Virus record (IMG/VR): IMGVR_UViG_3300045988_024784
Location: 1 to 43,121 of that record
Source: a virus
DNA: 43,121 nucleotides
Direction: 5' to 3' (one strand)
The translations under genes were made by a program, and so were the position numbers. This document shows, one piece after another, positions 17,359 to 25,797 of this stretch. The stretch's first letter is position 1, and every line of letters begins with the position of its first letter. Below the pieces are notes generated by a model. It did no database searches. It saw only the letters and a program-made list of their open reading frames with translations, and was not told the origin of the DNA.

Positions 17359-17626
17359 ATACATTATGTTCTGCGACATATTTTCTATACGCTTTAGAAC
17401 TACCTTCTAATAATTGCAAGAAGTAGCCTACTGCGTCTTGTTCATTTTTAATGTATTGCTGATCGTACACCTCGTTACGCTCCGTCCAATACACCGAAAA
17501 CCCTTCGGATGAGTTCTCTAAAATAATTGTACCAGGCACGATAGGCGTAGAACTATTTTCAATATTATAAGAGCTTACAGGCACGCCGATTTTGTGCAAT
17601 AGAGCTTTAACTTCTTTAATTGTCAT
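17357..17626 (-). CDS. Probable immunity protein for the MuF-fused toxin domain
   Basis: This 89-aa ORF starts 1 nt after the stop of the toxin-fusion gene. The assignment rests on position only. Confidence 0.5.
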   Translation of the reverse strand: MTIKEVKALLHKIGVPVSSYNIENSSTPIVPGTIILENSSEGFSVYWTERNEVYDQQYIKNEQDAVGYFLQLLEGSSKAYRKYVAEHNV

Positions 17627-17627
17627 A

Positions 17628-19334
17628 TTAATCGACCTCCTCTAAATACCCTTCATCTAAATAATATTGAATACTTTCCTCTGTCTTATACTGTATTCCC
17701 CCTCCAACTTTATTAAAAGCAGGAGCAGTAACACTAGTCTTTACTGGTAACGGTTTAATAACGACATACTGATGTTCATTATCGGAGTATTCTGCTTCAG
17801 TATAAGGCATTGCCCTATTCACAAACGGCGTGCCAGCAGGTGCCGTATATCGACCTGTTGCTCGCCCGAAACGAGTAAGCTTAGTTCCGACCTGAAGCAC
17901 CTCTGACCACGCGGTACCTACCGCACCATCATTAAGGGGATACAACGGAGATTCCCTTCCGGTCGAATCAGGGTCAGAAAACCATCTTTTTTCTTCATCT
18001 TTACCTATAGTATATCTAAGTTCCTCAAACTCTTCAAGAGGTAGCTTATGATACTTTAACCTGCTTGCATTTAAGTCTCTTAAAACGACTATTTTCAAGA
18101 ACGAATCAGATAAAGGCATGAGGTTTTTACTCATACGTTCGTGCTCTGTCATATTCGGCTTATCAAAATAGCTAACAGCAGCATCGACACGTGCACCTCC
18201 GATTTCTACTTTAGTCAAATCCTGTGCTTTTCTGACTACCACTTCAGTGCCGTTACTAGTTGCTCTTAAAGGCTTACGTTCACGTTTCCACTCTTCAAAA
18301 GATTTCGACTTATCGACGTATACAGCTTTCCAGTTATCGTAATCCATGTTTCTAGGCACCTTTTGGTACTCCCCTTTTTTAAGCGATGCGGTTCTTGATC
18401 CACTCGTTGCTTTTTTAGTGCCTATTGTACCTGCGATAGTAGAACGACAACGAGGATGTAGAGGCGGCACATTTGTACCTACCTCTGCTTCATCAATCGG
18501 ATATACGTGATTATCGTGTTCCCTACAAACAGAAGATGTTCGCTTGTCGAGAGTAGCAATGAATTGGAAGTATTCCATCTTAGCAGACTTTAGCGAGTCC
18601 AATGTCGCTTGATTGTGGGCATAGTTCAGTTCAGTCCGTACTAACCGGACAGCATCATTTTTCCCAACATTCATACGTTCTTGGACTTCCTTAGCTAGCT
18701 TTTCAACAGGAACTCCTCTATGCACAGAATTGAACACCGTATCCTGTAAAGTTCTTGCTAATTTATCGCTATTCCCCCAAATACGTTCGCTATAATTCTT
18801 GCCACTCCATGGAGCTCGTAATACCTGTTCCACGTGTTTTTCATTAACAGATACATTCAAAGGCCCCTGCCCTTTTTTAGCTAACTCGTAGGCAGAATGT
18901 AAACGATTGTCCTTATAAGCATCTTTAAGAAACCCCGTAATCGCTTTGTCTGCTTTACGTCCTAGCTTATCTAGCTCAATTAGTGTATCACCGTACAACT
19001 TGTCGAGCCGTGATATTCTTGATCGCATCGCTAATGTGTTGAGTTCTAACAATGTTTTAGGATTCCCTGTTTCCTCATACTCTGCTAGGTACTCCTCGAT
19101 GTCCTTTCTCCAGGTCCTATACTCTGTACCATTAATTAATTTACGTGCCTCAGAAATACTAACTCCATTATCAGCGGAGAACTTGCCGTACAGTCTTTCG
19201 ATATTAGCTTGGATGCGTTGGGCTGACCGTTCATAGTGAGAGGCCAGCTCTTTTTCGATAGTGTCACGGCTTTTCTTATTCCACTCTTCTTCTCGCTCGA
19301 CGCTGCGCCTAGCCCAATATGAATCAGTCCCCAT
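17628..19334 (-). CDS. MuF / SPP1 gp7-like minor head protein with a C-terminal TNT-like (NAD+ glycohydrolase toxin) domain
   Basis: The N-terminal part has LDKRTSSVCREHDNHVY...PPLHPRCRST (MuF signature). The C-terminal part has RFGRATGRYTAPAGTPFVNRAMP...YVVIKPLPVKTSVTAPAFNKVGGGIQY...YLDEGYLEEV (TNT/DUF4237-like signature). Confidence 0.8.
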   Translation of the reverse strand: MGTDSYWARRSVEREEEWNKKSRDTIEKELASHYERSAQRIQANIERLYGKFSADNGVSISEARKLINGTEYRTWRKDIEEYLAEYEETGNPKTLLELNTLAMRSRISRLDKLYGDTLIELDKLGRKADKAITGFLKDAYKDNRLHSAYELAKKGQGPLNVSVNEKHVEQVLRAPWSGKNYSERIWGNSDKLARTLQDTVFNSVHRGVPVEKLAKEVQERMNVGKNDAVRLVRTELNYAHNQATLDSLKSAKMEYFQFIATLDKRTSSVCREHDNHVYPIDEAEVGTNVPPLHPRCRSTIAGTIGTKKATSGSRTASLKKGEYQKVPRNMDYDNWKAVYVDKSKSFEEWKRERKPLRATSNGTEVVVRKAQDLTKVEIGGARVDAAVSYFDKPNMTEHERMSKNLMPLSDSFLKIVVLRDLNASRLKYHKLPLEEFEELRYTIGKDEEKRWFSDPDSTGRESPLYPLNDGAVGTAWSEVLQVGTKLTRFGRATGRYTAPAGTPFVNRAMPYTEAEYSDNEHQYVVIKPLPVKTSVTAPAFNKVGGGIQYKTEESIQYYLDEGYLEEVD

Positions 19335-19344
19335 ACATTACACC

Positions 19345-20313
19345 TTAGCCCAATTTATGAACGAATTTAACAATGCGGATTTGTTTAGGTTCGTAAACGC
19401 GTTCCCAGTTGCCTGCATCTTTCAATTCTGCACGAGAAACAGACTCAGCGTGAGCACGTGTTTTGTTTTTCCAAGCTACGCCGCGTGGATGCATGATGAA
19501 TGCTTTACGGGAGATAAGATAGTTAACACCGGATCCTTTACGTTTATCGCGGTCAACTTCTACTGGTACAAGACCTACAGGAGAACCAACGCCGTATGCA
19601 ATAGCACCTTCACCGAATAAGTAAGTTGTATAATTACCAGCATCTGCAGGACAGCTGTCATCAACGATTACACGACGGCCCATATAAATGTCGAAAGAAA
19701 CAGCATCAGATTGTCGAATTGTTTGGATCAAGTTCAATTTATCGAGATAAGATTTTGTAGCAGAATGCATTACAACTGCAGTTAAGGAGTTACGAGCGTC
19801 GCCCATAAGTTGCATTGCATCGATGAATGCTTCACCAGAGAATGCTGCGGCTTTGCCTGTTTTACCGGAAATATCAAGTACATGGTCAGACATGCTTGTT
19901 GCTGCGAACACGCCGTCTAGAATGTTAAGCAATTCTTTTTGATGGTCTCGCGCCCAAAAACCTGCTACTAAATCACCGATTGCAGACATAGGGTCTGTAC
20001 CAGCTAATTGCGCAGACAAGTCAGTTGCACCCCACATTTTCGCACGGCGAATAGTAGTGGATGTATCCATTTTGGAACCGATTTTTGCTTCAGTAAGACT
20101 TGTACCTTCTACGATGTCTTCAGAATCACCATTCAAATCAGTGAAGAACGGCATATTGTGTACTTGTGCTGCTTCACTTGCTAATTGGTCGAACTTGGAG
20201 TCACGAGTAATAATACCGGACTGGAAAATTGCAGATAATTCAGATGTACGGTTCACTACATAGTTTTCAAACAGTGCCGTAGGATTAATGATATCTTGTA
20301 AAGTTGTAGCCAT
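19345..20313 (-). CDS. Major capsid protein
   Basis: 322 aa, directly after the scaffold gene, with a strong RBS. Confidence 0.85.
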   Translation of the reverse strand: MATTLQDIINPTALFENYVVNRTSELSAIFQSGIITRDSKFDQLASEAAQVHNMPFFTDLNGDSEDIVEGTSLTEAKIGSKMDTSTTIRRAKMWGATDLSAQLAGTDPMSAIGDLVAGFWARDHQKELLNILDGVFAATSMSDHVLDISGKTGKAAAFSGEAFIDAMQLMGDARNSLTAVVMHSATKSYLDKLNLIQTIRQSDAVSFDIYMGRRVIVDDSCPADAGNYTTYLFGEGAIAYGVGSPVGLVPVEVDRDKRKGSGVNYLISRKAFIMHPRGVAWKNKTRAHAESVSRAELKDAGNWERVYEPKQIRIVKFVHKLG

Positions 20314-20324
20314 TAGTTACCTCC

Positions 20325-20963
20325 TTAGATTAAATTATCAATAGCCACCCCGGCTTGCGCTGCTAATGTTTTAGCTTGGGCCGGATCATTCTTAATAAGT
20401 TCAGCTTGTTGAGTAAGATTGAAATGTTCTTTGCTAAATGGATTAACTTTAGGATTACCTTCACCTTTATTAGGGTCGTATTTAAACTTAGGGTCTCCTT
20501 CTGGTTTAAACAAGAAAGCTTTAGAGGTTTTAAGCTCTTTAAGCTGCTCAGTCAAACCTGTTACCTTGCCATCGTCGCCAAGAATTAACTTAGACTTGTC
20601 AATAAGGTTAGCTACAAGCTCTGCATCCTGTGCAGTATCCCCGATAGCTAACTGTACAGCAGTGGATAACTTCAATGCTTTCAAATCTGCTTCAGATTTT
20701 AGTGCGGCCGCTTTGTTTTCTGCTTGCAGTTTCGTGATTTGTTCTTTCAACGCATCGACGTCTCCCTCGCTATCCTTGAGAGCCTTAAGTTGTTTATCTC
20801 GCTCACTCACAGTAGCTTCAAGGCCTTTCTTTTCCGCGTTGACCTCGTTGAAACGCGATTTAGGAACGTATTCCCCGTCTAGAAATTCCTTAAACTGTTT
20901 AGTCGCATCCTCGATATTATCCTCAGCGACTCCTAGTTTTTCAAGTAATTCTTTGACTGTCAT
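20325..20963 (-). CDS. Scaffolding protein
   Basis: An acidic, Lys/Glu/Ala-rich helical protein between portal and capsid. Confidence 0.8.
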   Translation of the reverse strand: MTVKELLEKLGVAEDNIEDATKQFKEFLDGEYVPKSRFNEVNAEKKGLEATVSERDKQLKALKDSEGDVDALKEQITKLQAENKAAALKSEADLKALKLSTAVQLAIGDTAQDAELVANLIDKSKLILGDDGKVTGLTEQLKELKTSKAFLFKPEGDPKFKYDPNKGEGNPKVNPFSKEHFNLTQQAELIKNDPAQAKTLAAQAGVAIDNLI

Positions 20964-21034
20964 GTTGTTTCTCCTATCCGGTTTTTACCGTGGTTTACCT
21001 GCCACGAATTAGAGAATAAAAATTTATATCACGA

Positions 21035-22468
21035 TTATTCGCTATCGCTAGGTTCGTCTTTGTGGTCGTCTATAGAGCCATCGTCTTGACCTTCGCTATG
21101 CCAATCATCGTAAATACCTTGCTCGGCTTCTTCCGCCTCAATTTGTTTGATTTCCTCGTTCACATCTTCCACGAATGGATGATGAGCAAGGATAGTTCGT
21201 TTAGATACAACGCCCATTGATTTAGAACACATATCGACAAGGTCGCCGTCGTTCTTAACGCTTGTTCTTGTCCATGTTTGCGTGATAGTAACATCACTTG
21301 AGCCATGCGCGGAACAGATAGCACGAATTAATTCGTTAAAGCCGAGTTGAAATTCAGTTTCCATCATGCCGGCTTTGAGCTCTAGTAGTGTGTACAAGAA
21401 CTTCATGGCCTCTCCACTAGTGCCATCTAACCCTTGTTGCTGTGGATCCACGCCTTGCCCCATGTCAAAGATAGCTTTACGTGTGATATCAAGTAGCTCT
21501 TTACGCGCTTCAATCGGGATATCAATGGTTAACGTCGAAATACCACTTCGGTCATCAGGGCCAGTTGAATCCATTTGAATTGCCTTGTACTTCTTCATCC
21601 CTTCAAGGAACTCGGAGAGGTTCTCGCCACCATAGTTAGTTAATACGTAGATAACTTCCTGTACATCTTCTAAGTCATTCAAGAACCCGCTATACGTTTT
21701 ATCGTAAGTATCAATTAACGATTTGATGCGGACGAGGTCCGTTGTATGACTAGCGTTATTCGCAAATGCAATAAATGGGACTTTGCCCATGCCGTGTGGC
21801 ATAGTATCTACTGCTGTAGTAACTCCGCTAGGATCAATCATGGTAAACGCAGTATAAGGAGATAAAGTTTCAAGTGTATCTCCGGTGCGTAAAGAGAACG
21901 CTTGTACCTCCTTATCATTCCAGTACTCGTAAACAGTAATGGTCTCGCCTTCCTCATTGATGTCTGCGTAGACACGTAGCACGCCCTCGAGTCTTGTGTT
22001 GATGCGGTTATTCCAAATTGGGATAATCTCACTAGCAGGTAATACGGCCCACTGGAAACCTTCTTCATCATCAATCCAGTAATGCACCCAGGCAACGCCA
22101 CCGTTAGTCGCTTTAACACATAAGTCCTTACATTTCTTTTCGTAAGCATCGCCTAGCGCGTCAAGGATAATTTCATTTAACTTATCGTTCTTAACATCAT
22201 AAATTGGCGGTGCCGTGAACATGTATGCCGTTTTTTGGTCCACTAAAAGAGGATAAAAAGAATAGGCGATTCGATTATCCGCTTGATGCATTGGATTAAA
22301 CGATTCGCCTTTTTGTTTTGCTTCTTCTATGTCTTTTGGTTTTGTCGGCATTAGCACAATGTCGTTATTAACAGCATAGTAGCGATTAGCTACTTCCATA
22401 TTAGTTACGACGTCTGCATGCCCCAGGGTGTGCTTCTTAATTAACTTCTTAATTAATTCTATTTCCAA
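21035..22468 (-). CDS. Portal protein (SPP1 gp6-like)
   Basis: 477 aa, following the large terminase, with an acidic C-terminus. Confidence 0.85.
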   Translation of the reverse strand: MEIELIKKLIKKHTLGHADVVTNMEVANRYYAVNNDIVLMPTKPKDIEEAKQKGESFNPMHQADNRIAYSFYPLLVDQKTAYMFTAPPIYDVKNDKLNEIILDALGDAYEKKCKDLCVKATNGGVAWVHYWIDDEEGFQWAVLPASEIIPIWNNRINTRLEGVLRVYADINEEGETITVYEYWNDKEVQAFSLRTGDTLETLSPYTAFTMIDPSGVTTAVDTMPHGMGKVPFIAFANNASHTTDLVRIKSLIDTYDKTYSGFLNDLEDVQEVIYVLTNYGGENLSEFLEGMKKYKAIQMDSTGPDDRSGISTLTIDIPIEARKELLDITRKAIFDMGQGVDPQQQGLDGTSGEAMKFLYTLLELKAGMMETEFQLGFNELIRAICSAHGSSDVTITQTWTRTSVKNDGDLVDMCSKSMGVVSKRTILAHHPFVEDVNEEIKQIEAEEAEQGIYDDWHSEGQDDGSIDDHKDEPSDSE

Positions 22469-22479
22469 TCTATCGCCTC

Positions 22480-23739
22480 CTAGTACGTCATTAGTCGGAC
22501 GCCTTTACGTCCATCGAACTCTTCCATTGCATACCGCATAGCATCCATTAAATGGTTAAAATCATCAATAGGCTTATTTACCATATTGTCGAATTTATCT
22601 TTATCCCATGTGTAGTTACTGATTTCAGTAATGAAGTTAACACACCTAGGATGAATAATAATTTTATAGTCCTGGATAATCGAAATTCCGGCACGAATTG
22701 AGTCAGGTCCTTTTTTAGCAGCTCTTATGTTACGTAAACCTGCTTTTCTTAGGTACGCAATCGATTTCGGTTCAGCACTATCGGCCTTAATGCGTTCTTT
22801 AGCATATCCCATCTCAGTAACTTTGCTTAATATGTCCTCATTACTCATGCCCTTTTCGTACATTTCGTCAAAGACATAAATTTCACGGGCCACAGTATCA
22901 ACAAGACCGCAGAATAAGGTGCTTGGGTCATTAACATAACCAAAGTCCATGCCAAATGCAGATTTCACATTTGGTCGTTTAGCTATTTCGTTGACATCAA
23001 AGGCTCGTTCTTCCCAGTTTTCAAATACTAGACCTTCAACAATGCCCCACTCCCCGAGCCCTGCGGTTCTATATCGGCGAGGGTTCTTTTTCATCTCCTC
23101 GAACAGCACTAAGTCAGAGTCACTCAAGAATTCGTTACATAAGTAATTCGTAGTCATGGCTAACACGTTTTCACTAGGTTCATCAAAGAACCTTTTCTTT
23201 AACCAGTGCCTATCTGACCACGGGTTAAAGGTTAAGACTACCTGGTGATACATTCCTTTTGGTAACTGCCCGCGAATAGATTCATCTAGTCTATCGAAGG
23301 CTTCTTCAGAAGTTATCTCATAAGCTTCTTCTACCCATAGCCTGCATAAGGAGCCTACTTCTACGGTGATTGATGTTACCTTTAAAGGATCATCGAGACC
23401 ACGAAATAAAATCTTTTGGCCAGTTGGTACATACGTTATCTCCAGCGGAGATGTAGAACATTTGAAATACCTATCTAGCTGTAAACGGTGAATAGCCCAT
23501 TTAAGCTGCGCAAAACAACTGTCACGCAAAGTTCGTTCTACCTTACGTACGACTAACCAATTTACAGTTGGGTTCTCTACTATCTCAATAATAGCTTTAA
23601 GCGCTTGTGTAGAGGACTTCTTACTGGCACGACTACCCTTGACGGCTTTATAACGCCCTTTGAACCTCCAAAATGCACCGTATCCCTTGCCAACGATATC
23701 AGGCAAGTACACTCTATTAGTCTGCAATATTGTCACCAC
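22480..23739 (-). CDS. Terminase large subunit (PBSX-type)
   Basis: The N-terminus reads FWRFKGRYKAVKGSRASKKS (P-loop region), Walker B-like LWVEEAYE is present, and the C-terminal part is nuclease-like. Confidence 0.85.
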   Translation of the reverse strand: MVTILQTNRVYLPDIVGKGYGAFWRFKGRYKAVKGSRASKKSSTQALKAIIEIVENPTVNWLVVRKVERTLRDSCFAQLKWAIHRLQLDRYFKCSTSPLEITYVPTGQKILFRGLDDPLKVTSITVEVGSLCRLWVEEAYEITSEEAFDRLDESIRGQLPKGMYHQVVLTFNPWSDRHWLKKRFFDEPSENVLAMTTNYLCNEFLSDSDLVLFEEMKKNPRRYRTAGLGEWGIVEGLVFENWEERAFDVNEIAKRPNVKSAFGMDFGYVNDPSTLFCGLVDTVAREIYVFDEMYEKGMSNEDILSKVTEMGYAKERIKADSAEPKSIAYLRKAGLRNIRAAKKGPDSIRAGISIIQDYKIIIHPRCVNFITEISNYTWDKDKFDNMVNKPIDDFNHLMDAMRYAMEEFDGRKGVRLMTY

Positions 23740-24160
23740 CTACGATGAGTACAGGCTTAATATCGATAGTCGTATCACCGCTGAGTATTCTATGACGTTT
23801 CGCCATGAGCTCCAGGGCTTTCAGCCTTGACTTCTCATCCGGTGGTTTATCGATAATTCTAGCTTCGGAACACCCTTCCCCTGTGCCCTCGATAACCACT
23901 TGTTTTTCATTTGAGAGCCCCAGGGCAATTCGTGTTAACTCATACTCGACCTGCTGAGCCGTCATGATGTTTTCATTGAAGTAGGAGTCGCGGAGCTCTT
24001 TGACCCTTGCCTTGATATCAACATTTGACAACAATCGGCTACCTATTCTATTGGCGGTTTTCTCTGAGTAACCAGTGCGAATAGCAGCCTGTGTAGCGTT
24101 CATATCCTTGATGTACTCATGACAAAATTTTTCATGTCGTTTATTTGCTAATGCAGCCAC
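23717..24160 (-). CDS. Terminase small subunit
   Basis: The N-terminal HTH-like sequence KRHEKFCHEYIKDMNATQAAIRTGYS is typical of small terminases. Confidence 0.85.
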   Translation of the reverse strand: MAALANKRHEKFCHEYIKDMNATQAAIRTGYSEKTANRIGSRLLSNVDIKARVKELRDSYFNENIMTAQQVEYELTRIALGLSNEKQVVIEGTGEGCSEARIIDKPPDEKSRLKALELMAKRHRILSGDTTIDIKPVLIVGGDNIAD

Positions 24161-24175
24161 TATCTCACCTCCTGG

Positions 24176-24370
24176 CTATCTTAATACATCACGGCTGTTT
24201 CTCTTAAATCGGCCGTGCGAACGAGTGCATAATCCACAATTACTTTTATGTGCGTGGTCGTGTGTGATATACGTTTGACACAGGCCGTCGTATTCAATTA
24301 GTTTCGCAGTGCAAACGCCGTTCTTGTTATTCAGGCATTTACGTTTAATGCATTTGACTTCTGTGCTCAT
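24176..24370 (-). CDS. Small Cys-rich protein (DUF1540-like), first gene of the late operon
   Basis: Reads VKCIKRKCLNNKNGVCTAKLIEYDG, and further Cys and His residues follow. Confidence 0.6.
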   Translation of the reverse strand: MSTEVKCIKRKCLNNKNGVCTAKLIEYDGLCQTYITHDHAHKSNCGLCTRSHGRFKRNSRDVLR

Positions 24371-24655
24371 TCCTTCTCACCTTTAATACGTTTGTACGCT
24401 CAAATCCGATGACTAGTTGGTTGTTGTTAGGCTATATAGTTATCGGAGGACTACTAGTTCTAGTCATCAGATGTCAGCGTACAACGATACAGGGCAAGCT
24501 CATAATGTATAAGCTTAGTATTATTCTGTGGACAAATTCGGCTCGCCCTGGTTTCATTGTGCGGTAAATTTCATTTTTACATATTCCCTCCCCTTAGCTT
24601 ACGCGATCGCCTACATCATAAATACGGGCCCCTGTATTTACAATGCTACATACAA

Positions 24656-24688
24656 CAAAAAGCACGGTCATCATCACCGTGCTTTTTG
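24656..24688. terminator. Bidirectional rho-independent terminator in the late leader
   Basis: Stem AGCACGGT (24661-24668) pairs with ACCGTGCT (24676-24683), flanked by an A-run and a T-run. Confidence 0.75.
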
Positions 24689-24811
24689 CCGAGTTGTGTA
24701 TAAGAGAGGATTCGTGTTAGATGACTAATGACACCTTTCACAACTACATTATACTATGTCAAGTCGGTTCATTTAAGTCCAAAATACTCCAAAACACTCC
24801 AAAGTACTCCA

Positions 24812-25240
24812 CTATGAAAGGAGTTCCCCTAATTCGTTCAACGCTTTATTTTTTAAATTGAAGTAACTGCTTTTTTCGTAATATATCATCGCTTGTACTT
24901 TCTTAGGGAATGCCCCGTTAATGTACTCTTGCGATAATATAATACGCCCTGGTATACATTCTATCTTTTCAATTAAAGCCCTTGCTTCTTCCCTTTTAGC
25001 TATAAGCTTTGCTATCTCCCGTTTTTTGGTATCGACTGTATCAACAAGTCTAGCCACATCACCTTCAAGCCCTACCGGAGTACCACCTCCCGATACTCGG
25101 TCTTTGGAATAATCAATCGCCGATAAGGTGATGATATCATACTGCAGTTTGCGAATATCTTGCCGTAGCGATTGAATTCGGATGGCTATCATCTTTATAT
25201 CTTGCAGATACGCAGTCGCCTTTTCTTTATAGTCACTCAT
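24812..25240 (-). CDS. Late-gene transcriptional regulator candidate (sigma region-4-like / RinA-ArpU-type)
   Basis: The C-terminal part ILSQEYINGAFPKKVQAMIYYEKSSYFNLKNKALNELGELL looks like a region-4 HTH. It is the last gene before the late leader. Confidence 0.55.
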   Translation of the reverse strand: MSDYKEKATAYLQDIKMIAIRIQSLRQDIRKLQYDIITLSAIDYSKDRVSGGGTPVGLEGDVARLVDTVDTKKREIAKLIAKREEARALIEKIECIPGRIILSQEYINGAFPKKVQAMIYYEKSSYFNLKNKALNELGELLS

Positions 25241-25793
25241 GCTGCATTACCACATTGATGTACCGGTCTAAGTACCATCTTGCTTTTTTTAGGTCTTCAA
25301 GTTTGTCGCCTTTATACCCTGCTCTTGCGATATACTTGATAACATTACCTAGATGATATGGAAGCTGTTGATCCTCGATAAAATCGATAACTTCAATCTT
25401 ACCTCGTGTGTAGTGTGAAGGATGGTTGATAACATCTTCATTCTTTGGATCCACCTTAACTTCCGGCTCCTCAAGCGTATTGACTACCATATTTGCAAGA
25501 GTCACGGCTACTTCTTTCCTCTTAGCTGCCATATTCGCAAGAGTCACGTCTACTTCTTTCTTCTTCTTCTTAGGTACCTTCAAATACTTAGGAAGACACT
25601 CCGGACAATATTTAGGCCAACGACCTTGTGCCTTTTCCTTTTTGTGAATAAAGGTTTTACCGCATCCTTCACAGGTTAGCTCTTTACTAACTCCTGCACC
25701 AGGTGGTGTCATAACTTTCTCACACTCAGGGCAATAATCCTCGTGTGTTTTTACTGTGAATGTGTCTCCGCATCGTCTGCATTTCTTTTGCAT
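25233..25793 (-). CDS. Zinc-ribbon protein with a C-terminal DUF3310-like domain
   Basis: Four CxxC pairs lie in the N-terminal part. The C-terminus reads INHPSHYTRGKIEVIDFIE...GNVIKYIARAGYKG...DLKKARWYL. Confidence 0.75.
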   Translation of the reverse strand: MQKKCRRCGDTFTVKTHEDYCPECEKVMTPPGAGVSKELTCEGCGKTFIHKKEKAQGRWPKYCPECLPKYLKVPKKKKKEVDVTLANMAAKRKEVAVTLANMVVNTLEEPEVKVDPKNEDVINHPSHYTRGKIEVIDFIEDQQLPYHLGNVIKYIARAGYKGDKLEDLKKARWYLDRYINVVMQHE

Positions 25794-25797
25794 ATCT

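Noticed and set aside
24528-24728. 66-aa plus-strand ORF in the late leader
   Set aside because: It has no RBS, runs through the bidirectional terminator hairpin, and sits in an obviously regulatory intergenic region.
24748-24762. Apparent consensus TTGACA and TATAAT on the minus strand of the late leader
   Set aside because: The two hexamers are only 3 nt apart, so they cannot form one sigma-70 promoter. Only the TATAAT is kept as a possible -10, with a weak -35.
25487-25560. Near-perfect 31-nt direct repeat with a 42-nt period inside the DUF3310-like gene
   Set aside because: It is an in-frame 14-codon duplication (EVDVTLANMAAKRK / EVAVTLANMVVNTL) within a linker. It most likely arose by simple duplication, and there is no sign of a regulatory or mobile feature.
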